64,000 nucleotides of DNA from positions 291,462,001-291,526,000 of the forward strand of contig NC_091469.1 in the NCBI RefSeq assembly GCF_036971445.1. Reading direction: 5' to 3'. Shown one piece after another: positions 53,651-64,000 of this stretch; position 1 is the stretch's first letter; each line of letters starts with the position of its first letter. The translations under genes were made by a program, and so were the position numbers. The notes beneath the pieces are model-generated. The model was given only the letters and a program-made list of their open reading frames with translations, had not been told where the DNA came from and ran no database searches. Source of the stretch: Narcine bancroftii. Its lineage: Eukaryota.

Positions 53651-54401
53651 GGCGCTGTGTTTCGTAAGTGTCACAACCACCTCCTCTGTCATTAAACTAG
53701 AAAGTCTGCAGATGCTGTGATTGTAGTTTACATAAAAATACTGAAGAAACTCAGCAGGTCATGCAGTATTCTTTATGTAGCTAAGGTAAAGCTGCATAAC
53801 CAATGTTTCGAGCCTGATTCCTTCATCAAGCTATAGAGGAAAAAGCAGGCACCTCCTCTGGTAGCTTGTTCCATATACCTACCACCTTCTGTAGGATAAA
53901 AAAAGTTGCCTATCTCTTCCTGCTCCCTACCTTGAGCCTTTATCCTTTGGGTACTGATTTCCCCTACTCTGGGCTGGCAGAATTAATTATATTTGCTTGA
54001 AACATTGAGAGGAACAGTAGGATTCTATCAAAAGTTTTAATTTATTTTGCAATAGTACAAAGTCTAGAATCTCGCAGAGAAACAGCTGCTACTTATAGCA
54101 GCTCTGTACTACCTGTAGCACATCTGAAAATATGATAAATACTGCTTTCCATAAAGACGACTAATGCGATTAAAGATCTGCACTTTCCCTGTCTGCTTAT
54201 TGTGTAACCAGTCATATCTTTGCCTTCTGGCTTGAAATGGTGCCAGTACTTGAGTACTGGTGGTTGCAAATGGCAATAGTTTGTGAGGGGATAATTAAGA
54301 GTGATGAAGCAAGGCGGTAAACCTTTCTGTTATGGACTTCAGTGAGGCATTTGACAATGTCTTGTACAGTAGATTTCTCTAGGAGGTTAGAGCACATGGG
54401 A

Positions 54402-54547
54402 CATTTTTTTTTTAAATTTTTTATTTTTCACACCATAAATCACATTAGCCATGATATACACTATTTCTTTTTCACACATATACAGTGACTTTTTCTCCCC
54501 CCCCCCCCCCTTCCCTCCTCCCAAGCCACCCCCCACCCCCCCTCTCA
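54402..54547 (-). mobile_element. Short 3'-end-only L1 insertion
   Basis: Matches 3922-4050 (tttaaattttttatttttcacac...). Flanked by ggacatttt direct repeats. Confidence 0.7.
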
Positions 54548-56559
54548 TGGACATTTTAAAGCAATGAGAGCAGAATAATTAAATCCTCAATTTCTTCGTG
54601 ATAAGAGGCAAAAAAAAAAAAAAGCTGCTGAAGGATATTTTTTCTGGTTGGAAGACTGGTGCACAGTGTGTATCCTGCAGGGATTGGTGCTGCAACCCCA
54701 TTTGTTTGTGATGTACATTAAAGAGTTGGATATGAATGTTGGAAGTGCGAATGGCACATCTGTGGATGACCTGAAAATTAGTGGTGTATGGATATCAAGG
54801 AAGGTTATCTCAGCTGCAGCAGGATTGCGGAACAGTTGGAAATTTAGCTCAAGACTGGATCAGTAATAGGTAGTGCACTAGTGAATGTTGTTGATGAGCA
54901 GAGGGACCTCGAGATCCAAGTCCATACGAAAATGGCAACAGCATAGATTGGATAGTGAGGAAATGTTGGGCCATAGAATGCAAAAGGTGGGGTATCATGT
55001 TGAAACTATACAAAAATTGGTTAAATTGCATGTGGCATGTTGTGTGTATTTTTGGTCACCTCACTTGGGAGGATGTGGTTGTGTTGAAGAGAGTTCAGAA
55101 TGGATTCACCAGGATTTTCCTGGATTGGAGGACTTTATGGGGGGTGGGGGTGGTGAGATTGGATGAGTTAGCCTTATTTTCCCTGGAGCAAAGGAGACTA
55201 AGGTGTGACCTGATAGAAGTAAATAAGATTTTAATTTTAAAAAAATTAGACATACAACACTATAACAGGCCATTGAACCCGTGCAGCCCAATAAGCCTGC
55301 AACGTGGGTACGTTTTGAAGGGTGGGAGGAATCTGGAGCCCCCAGAGGAAACCCAAGCAGACACAGGGAGAATGTACAAACTCTTTACAGACAGTGCCAG
55401 ATTTGAACCCCTGTCCTGATTGCTGGTGCTGTAAAGGCGTTGCGCTAACTGCTACGTTAACCTGAAATAGAGGAACTTGGGATGGGCAATAAATGCTGGA
55501 TTTGCTAGTGATGTTTGTGTCCTATCGCTCAAAAGGAATGGGTATCCTTAGGATCTGAAAACACTTATGCAACCTGCAAGGTGCCAACTTTGGACGTCCC
55601 ACATACATGTTTGTATGCTTCAGTTAACATCCTAGGAGCTGACTTTCAATGTGCCTTGCTCACATTGCTCTGCCTGGGAGGAAACTCCTTTGGCCTATAA
55701 ACAAGTTAAATTATTGAACAAGCCATTCAGAAATACAGCTAATGATCCAGGGGTCCCAAGTTCAAATCCATCCAAGGCAGATGGAAGGTTGAAATTCAGT
55801 TAAATAATCAATAATTTAAAAGGCTATTATCAGTACTAGTGACTCACCTGCTTCAATAACGTACATTAGACGGGGAAATCTGATGTTCATTCCAAGGCTT
55901 AAAATTTATAGCATGCCCAGTAAAACTGATAATCTGGCACCCTTTGCATTGGTGGTGGACAAGCAGAGTTTCTGTACTATTGGATGTTACTTCTACTAAT
56001 ACCCAACAAACATATTTCACATTTTTAAAATGTTTTTTCAGAGCAAAAATTATTTCTTATTGAAACTGGTGAGGAGGAAATGTAACCTTTTCCCCTTGTT
56101 CCTTTGTGTGATATTCTGGGTGCAGACCCTGCTGGCACTGTAGTTCCTTAGAATGTCTTCTGTGCTGAGTGATCCAGATGCTGAATTTACAAACAGTTGT
56201 ATGTTGGACAATCAGGGTTTACTGTAATTGATTGGTATCTGTCCTGTGAAATGGCTCAATTAGCTCCTCTATTCAAGGGTAAATCATATTTGTGATTAGG
56301 CAACATCCTGAAACATTACAATATTCCCATTAAATTTGCTCTGACATTGGGGACCATCAGAAGAACTTGATAACAGGCTTGAAAAGTTTCCTTGGATCAA
56401 GGATTTCAAAGTAGCCTGAGAAAGGTGCATTCATTAGATGGGGCTGGCAGATCTTTGGGATAGATAGCGCAGACACAGCCCCTCTGAACAAACTCATCCA
56501 CGCAGACCAGGTTGTCCACCTGAGCTAGTCTCAATTGCCAGAGTTTGGCACACATCCTC

Positions 56560-57950
56560 CTCTAACCTTTCCTATCAAAGTACCCATCTAAATGTTCTTT
56601 AATCATCTTAATTGCATGTGCCTCTACAGCTTCCTCAGCAGCTCATCCCATTACACTCACCAGCACCTGTGGCAAACATTTTCTCCTTGGGTCTCTTTAA
56701 ATCATTCCCCTCTTTGAATCTATGCCCCTTAGATTGGAACTTTATTGTCCTAGAAGGACTGTGCCCTTCACTGTATCTGTACTCCTCATGATTTTATAAT
56801 CCTCATATGGATCACCCATCAGCTGCCTCACCTGCAGGGAAAAAATGCTCCAGGCTATCCATCCTTGTTGCTCAACCCTGCCAGTCCTGGACACATCTTC
56901 GTGTATCTTTTCTGCATCCTTTCCAGCTTAATGCCGTCCTTCGATTCGCTGGGTAACTAGAACTGTATACAAGACTCCAAATAAGGCCTCACCAATGTAT
57001 AGTTGGAACGTGATGTCTCTACTCCTGAATACTATGTCCTGATCGATGAAGGCAACTCTGCCATGCATTTTCCTCACCAAGTTGTTTACCTGTGTTGTCA
57101 CTTTTGGTTACTTTATCCTGATATGCCTAAGTCTGTCTGATCAACAGCATTCTCCATGGCCTCACCGTTCACTGTGGAAGTCCTGCCTCAAATTACCAAA
57201 GAACAACACCTCACATTTATCAGAGTTAAATTTCATCTGCCATTCTTTGACCCGCATTCCTAGTTGATTTAGATCCTTTTGTTATCTTGGACATTTTCAC
57301 TCACTCTCCACTATAAAACCAATGCTGGTGTCACCTGCAAATTTACTAATCATGTTAACTATGTGTTGCAATCTCAGATGCTGATGGAAAAGATGAATGA
57401 CAGCCAACCTAACATTAATGCATATGACACACTGTTGATTACAAGCCTCTAATCTGAGAACCAATTCTTCATGACCACTCTTTCATTCCTTCCACTGAGC
57501 CAATTCTCTATCCAATTGGCCATTTCACCTTGCATCCCATGAGATACAATCTTCTGAACTAGCCTAAAATGTAGGATCTCAAAGGCCTTGGTAAAATCCG
57601 CTAGACTGCCGAGTGTCCTGCCTCTTTGCTGTCTTTTCAGAACAACTCCGTCGTTTGTGAGACATGCCTCTCCTGCACAATCTTATGCTGAACATGATCA
57701 TTTTGGTATGTCCTGTCCATCAGAATCTCCTTCAGTAACTCCCAGCATTGATGTTAGGTTTACTGGCCTGTAGTTCCCTGGGTTGATCTTGAAGATCTTC
57801 TTAAATAAAGGTATAAAATTAGCCACATTCCAGGCATCCTGTACCTTTTCCATGGCTAAAGATGATGCAAATATCTCTGCCAGGGCTCCAGAAATTTCCT
57901 CCCTAGCTTCCTGCCATTCCGAGGATGGACTTGGCCAGGCCCTGGGGACT
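56560..57950 (-). mobile_element. Degenerate CR1-type LINE fragment
   Basis: Antisense CR1 RT and 3' motifs (e.g. gtgtcacctgcaaat = FA(G/D)DT; gatgttaggtttactggcctgtagtt = NYRPVNLT). A related piece lies at about 23840-24710. Confidence 0.6.
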
Positions 57951-59717
57951 TGTCCAACTCAGCTGCTTTACCACCACGAACACCTCTTCTGTAACAATAT
58001 CCTAAATGAATATCTGAGAAGTGTATCATATGTATGCAAGCAATCCAAAGTTGGGATGAAATTGCATTGTTTGAAATAAGGAATTTGCTTGGGTATAATA
58101 CCTTTCAGGTTCCCAGAAAAGATTTGGTAGTTAATAATTTGCTGATAATAGGTTAACAATATGTACATGGATTTTTACCAATTCAACTAAAGTTGCATCA
58201 CTTTTTAGAAACATGTTGGATCTATTGCATGATCACAGTTCATAAGTATTTTTTTAATTACAAAATAATTAAAAACATTCTGAAAAGAGGCAGGTTTTTT
58301 TTGCACATCTTCATTCAGTTGAAGACACTGGTCAGAACTTCTAGGAAACCAGCATGGAGGAAGATCTGAGGGTAGACTTGTTAAGGAGTAAAACAGGAAA
58401 GTCTGCAGACTCTGGTTGAAGTAAAATCTCAATGCTGGAAAATCTCAGCAGGTCAGACAGTGTACTTTATATAACACAGATAAAGATAACCAACATCTTG
58501 GATTTGAGCCCTTAATTAAGGTATGAGCAAAATATAGGCAGGTGCTCAAAACAGGTGCCTGCCTACATTTTACTTGTACCTTGAGAGAACCAAAGAACAC
58601 TACAACACGTAAACAGGCCCTTTGACCCTTCTAGTCTGTGCCAAAATCAAGTGCCTGCTTACATTTTTCTCATTCCTTGATGAAGGGCTTAAGCCCGAAA
58701 CATTGGTTATGTATCTTTATCTTTATTATTGTAAAGTACACTGTTTGACTTGCTGAGTTTCTCCAGTATTGTGTTTTTACCTATTATTTATTGTGCTGTT
58801 TTGTGAATTTTGTCTTTGGTTTCCTTAAACCCCCTTAGATTGAGCTTATTTTGTCTTCTGCCTTTCACATTCCTTGGCTCAGTGTCAGATTCCACGATGT
58901 GCCTGCAGAATTTTGCAACCTGACAATTGAAAGCTATTTCTAAACAACAACATTCTTTAATGGCACAACTAAGGCACCTGCACTTGATTAGTAATTTGAG
59001 TTTGATTCTTGAAGGAAATTTATTATAAAATTAAAAATAATATTAATTAGTAACAATTTTAAGAGCTAAAAATTGAGTGATGATAGTCGGTCCAAAACTG
59101 AAGGGATTCACAGTTTTGAAAGAGTTAAGAGTGTCTACATCTCTGAAGATCTGTCCTGGAGGCTCCATATTGATGCAATCAAGAAGAAGTCTCACCAGCA
59201 CCTATACTTCATGAAGAGTTTGAGGAGGTTTGGTATGTCACTGAAGGCTCCTGTAAATTTATGCAGATGTACCGTGAAGAGCATTCTGAATGGTTGCTTA
59301 GCTGTCTGGTACTTGGTATACAGGTGTCAATGTATAGGAAAAGGTTATAGAACTCAACCAGTGCCGTCGTGGGCATCAATATTCACTCCTTGGAGGACAT
59401 CTTAAGGTTGTGTCTTAAGAAAGTAGCCTCTATCCTCCAGGACCCTCATTGCCCAGGCCATGCCCTCTTCACACTGCTACCATCGGGGAAGGAAGTACAG
59501 GAGCCTGGAAACGGACACCCAACGGCACAAAAACAGCTTCTTCCCCTCCACCATCAGATTTCTGAATGGAGAATACTCCTCTTTTGCATTAATTAATTAA
59601 TTTTTAAATATAATTTATAGCAATTTTTGCATTGTATTGCAGTCGCATATTTTGTGACACGATCATGACAAGAAATTCTGATTCTGACTCCTCATCATTC
59701 TGTTTTTCAGGGTATCA

Positions 59718-59873
59718 ATGGAACTTCACCAATGCCCAGCCTTTATTATGAATAGAGGGACTACAACAGTCAGGGTGCTGGAGTTTGGACATCCTGGTTT
59801 ACTGAATCCCAAGCTGGATATTAAAGATGAAACTGCTCTTCTTATTGAAGAATATCTCTCCCCCTCCAAGCTG
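59718..59873 (+). CDS. LRRC56: LRRC56 first coding exon (exon starts at 59711; gene continues beyond the window)
   Basis: MELHQ...TVRVLEFGHPGLLNP...LLIEEYLSPSKL resembles the human LRRC56 N-terminus as I recall it (VRVRELSWQGLHNP...LVEEYLSPARL). Acceptor ttttcag|, donor |gtgaga. Head-to-head with HRAS as in human. Confidence 0.85.
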
Positions 59874-62800
59874 GTGAGACATTTTTTTAAAAAAAATTAT
59901 AGAAGGAATTTTGTGCAAAAAAAACTTTTAAATGAACAAGTTAAATTATAGATATCTTTAAAAAGATGGTGTTGGATCTGCCAGATGCAGTGAGAGTTGC
60001 TGTCTGAGATGTGAAAGCATGGAGATGCGTACTGTTGTAACTCCAGACTCGACCAGCTATTGGCCTTTCCCTGGCCACGGGACTTGTGTCAAAATGGCTT
60101 TATACCATGTGCACTTGAAATTCATGATCATGCTTTGGTCCTGTTCTAATTTTTTTTTGAGTTTGCACTGCCGATCTGCTTTTGCTGTGCTAATTCATGT
60201 AAATTAGTGTAGGATGGCTGCTTGAGATATCAGCAATTGTTTGGAAACTAACTTTTTTATTGCGGGATAACCAGAAGGCACAGACTTGAAGAAATTGTAG
60301 CAATGTGTGAAGAAAATTTACGCAGAGATATGTTGTGATCTAGGATGTGTCTAAAACAAGTGGGAACTGATCCAGTATTAATTTTGTGGATAAATATAAT
60401 CAAGTCTCTGAGGAAAGATTGGAGGAACTATTGGAAATCCCATAAGCATAGGGAATGAGAACAGGAGTAGTACAATTAATCCAGCACTACTTTTCAATGC
60501 TAACCCATATCCTTTAATTGCCTTCATATTTAAAAATCTATTGAATCCTGGTTTGAAACTGAGCCTCCACTGCCCTCTTAGGTAGAAGATTCACCACCCT
60601 CTGGTGGAAGAAATTTAGTCTTCTCTCTACTGAATGACACCTCTTTATTCTGAGACTATGATCCCTGGTTGATGACATCCCAACCAAGGAATATATCCTC
60701 AGGATTTACCTTGTGAATCCCATAAGAAACGTGAGAAATTTCAATGTGATCACCTTGCGTTCTTCTGAACACCAGAGTACTAGCCCAGTTGCAGTCAGTA
60801 CAGGCACTACCTTATGGCACAGATACATTGATTCTTTCGGTCATTGGATGCTGCCTGTGTGGAGTCTGCATGTTCTCCCTCTGACCATATAGGTTTCTTC
60901 TGGGTGCTATGATTTCCTTTCATATACTCAAGATGTCGTCAAGATTATTGTCACCTGATTGTACAAGTATAACCCGATGAAACAGAGTTCTCCAGTCCTT
61001 GGTGCAAAACACGCAGACACACAAGAAGGCATAATATGTTTTTACAGACAAACAATATATATGCAGACAAGTATTTTATCCATACAAACAAATGAATAAA
61101 TATTGTCCTTTACATATGAAAGTCTTGGATGGTTAGTGTGAACAGTTCCTTTGGTCGTTCAGCATTCTCACTGTCTGTGGGAAGAAGCTGTTTCTCAGCC
61201 TGGTGGTCCTGACTCTGATACTCCTGTATCTCTTCCCTGAGAGCAGCTGAAAGATGCTATGTGCAGGGTGGGAGGGGTCCTCAATGATTTTGTGCTCCCT
61301 CTTCAAACAATGATCCCAGTAAATTATGTTTGGTTGGGGGGGGGGGGGGGGAAAGAGGAGAACTCCAGTGATCCTCTCTGCCACTCTCATGGTCCTGTGG
61401 CAGTAACCGAATTACACTAATATGGGTTGGCAGGTTAATTGTTTGGTGTAAGTAGAATCTTGGGGGAGCTTGTAGAAATTTGGGAGAATAAGAATTGGAA
61501 TCCATGCATTTGGGCTGCATCCTGTTTCTTTGCCATATGGATATATTAGAACATTGAACAGTTTGTAATAGGAAAGGGTCTTCAGCCCTCACATCAGTGC
61601 TAAACATAATGCTCAAGTTAAATGAAAGCTCTGTTTGCACTTGATCCATATGCCTCTATTCTCTTTGTACTTGCATATCTATCTCAAAGCCTTTTAAACA
61701 CTACTGTTTTATTTGCTTCCACCACTGCTCCTAGAACCTAATCCAGGCACCCACCAATCTCTCTGTAACCTTGATGAAGGGCTCAAGCATGAAACATTGG
61801 TTATGTATCTTTGCTATATAAAGTACACTGTTTGACCAGCTGAGTTTCTCCAGCGTTGCACTTTTACTCTCTCTGTAAAATAGTTGTCCTGTACATCTCC
61901 TTTAAATTTAGCCCTCCCAATTCCTAACGCGTGCAATCTAGTGCAGTCATTCTCAACCTTTTTTTTTTGCCTCTGACCCCGTTTGGACTCTACTCAAAGT
62001 TTATGGACTCCCGTTCCTGTGAAGCAGTTTTGGTTTTTTCTGTACTTCTCTCCTACTGACTACATTAAAAAAAATTGTGTTGCGTGAGGTGAAAATAAAA
62101 CGAGGCTTTTGCTTAAACATGCTATGGCCCCTGGTGGGCTGTAAGACCTCCATTGCAAATGGCCACTCGAGTGTGCGATGCTTTTGCCCTGGTGAAAAGA
62201 ATCTTCTCAATCCATTCCAATATCAGATTTTATTCATTAATGTCTTGTGGGACCTTAATTGAAGGCCTCTGAAATCTTTTTGCATCACATCATCTGTCCT
62301 CAATGGTTCTTCAGATCAATCAGAGATGATACAAGCACAGCAGGTTCAATGACATCCTAGTCCATGATTTTACCATGAAGAAAAACAGAAAATTAGGGAA
62401 TAAATACAAAGAAAGAATGAGTTCTGAAAGTGTATTAAAGCAGAATCCATGAATTTATTTGATCTGATGAGAAGTGTATGAAAGGTAAGAGGGTAATGGC
62501 TCGATGGGAATAAAGCAGACAGTGGTTCACAAGTTCGGATCATGGATTCACTTGACAAACATAATGGTGCATTTTATGAAGTTCCTTTTAATATAGACAA
62601 ACATGGTATGAAATTTCACAAGTTGTTATTGAACACAATTTAACACTGAGCCAAAGATTAGGGCAGCTGACCTAAATTTTGGTCAGGGTTGAGTCTTAAG
62701 GCAAGGGGGCTGGAAATGTAGAGAGGTTTAGGACAAACCTAGGGCCTTGCTCACTGAGGTAAAACACTTAGTTACTGATAAGTGGTTGAAAGAGAAGGGG

Positions 62801-64000
62801 GCTTGGGGATCCAGGTTTGTCATGGGGTCTGAATCCCTCTGTCTTCCCAACTCTTTGTCAAATAGCAAATGTTGCACTGAGATATTGAGAGTGATGTGAC
62901 TAGTGGTATGCATTTTATTAATTTTTGGAACCTGATGTTATTTTGGATAATATGCAATTTGTTCAATCCTATAATCTGTTTCTTACCAGTCAGATTAGAA
63001 CAATATATTCTCCATGAGACCTGTGTGCAAAACCTGTTGTGAATGGGTTTTAAAATACAAATGCTTTACACTCTTGTCTATCCTGCTAGCTGCACTCTCC
63101 AAAAGGAACTCTTGGCTTGGTCAAATACCAGCTCTCTTTTCATCACAAATCCTCAATGATGTTGCCTAATTGTCTATTTTTTCCCTGTAACTAATAACAA
63201 AACACAAGGTCAGTACAGAATTGATGGGAGCAGCTCTGAGAAAGGTAATGCAGGTCTGGGAAAAAACTACTTGAAATTCTGTACAGGAGACAACGTTCAG
63301 TGTGGGTGAATTTCATTGATTGTTTTGAAATTTCAGATTTCTGGTGTGAAATATTGAAAACTGTTCAGCTCCAAAGTAATTACCTCAGTGAGTTCTATAT
63401 GCATTTGCAATATGTACTGAATAGCATAAAATAAGGATACAACTCTCTACGACAACATACTATAATACTGTTACCAATGAACCAAATATACTGGCTTACT
63501 TTGTCTTTTCATGCACTATTTTTTTGGTAAGGTGGTTTACATAAATATTTACACTGTGATGCTGCCACAAAACAATAAATTTTGTGACTTGTTCATGACA
63601 ATAAATTCTGATTCTGATAAAAGTAGTAAATTGTTAACAATATTAATGTCGAGATTTTTTCTTGCTCCAGAGAATTGCATTACTTTGCCATGGAGAGAAA
63701 AATGGACAATGTGCTGTCCTCCACTTCATCCTGACTCCATTAGCCTCCCCTAATTCTTTCAGCCTTGTGTGGCACCATTCCATACATCCCAGCCCATCTG
63801 TGGCAGGGTATTACATTCACCCCACCCTCTGGGTAAAGTAGTTTTATGGAATTTTGTATTAGATTTATTGGTGGACTGTAATAGGAGTAGGTGAAGGCCA
63901 TTCAGACCTTCAAGCCTCCACCATCATTCAGTACTATCAAGGACAATCACATTAGTCCCCTATTCCTGCTTTCTCTCCATACAATCCTTTTAGCCACAGT

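Noticed and set aside
51344-53692. 782-aa Pro-rich ORF and overlapping 442/551/331/291-aa ORFs
   Set aside because: These are translations of a G/C tandem array whose units are mostly multiples of 3 and lack stops. They are open in many frames on both strands.
59874-64000. Next LRRC56 coding exon
   Set aside because: I found no segment with suitable splice sites and LRRC56-like translation. It probably lies beyond the window.

Overview
This is vertebrate genomic DNA. It is most likely from a cartilaginous fish, inferred from the CR1/Penelope/HE1-like repeat landscape and not proven. It carries three spliced genes that I assembled by hand from GT-AG boundaries. (1) The 5' part of an AMP deaminase of the AMPD3 type on the minus strand: 8 coding exons from 20387 down to 133, continuing off the left edge. 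(2) A complete 189-aa HRAS-type GTPase on the minus strand: coding exons 36111-36001, 34162-33984, 32436-32277 and 30708-30589, with a probable non-coding first exon near 51.2-50.8 kb. (3) The start of LRRC56 on the plus strand (first coding exon 59718-59873), head-to-head with HRAS across a CpG-rich bidirectional promoter. Introns are packed with transposons: a full-length but disabled L1 with 12-bp target-site duplications, a young RTE fragment, CR1 and Rex1/L2-like pieces, Penelope-like pieces, MITEs and SINEs, plus minisatellites. The most notable observations are that this HRAS ends in CVIL (predicting geranylgeranylation rather than farnesylation), that an AMPD3-like gene sits directly downstream of HRAS (mirroring NRAS-AMPD1), that the L1 carries an apparent 3' transduction, and that palindromic Penelope-derived repeats carry hammerhead-like cores. 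I see no evidence of a wholly new multi-gene system. Most long ORFs in the track are repeat artefacts.
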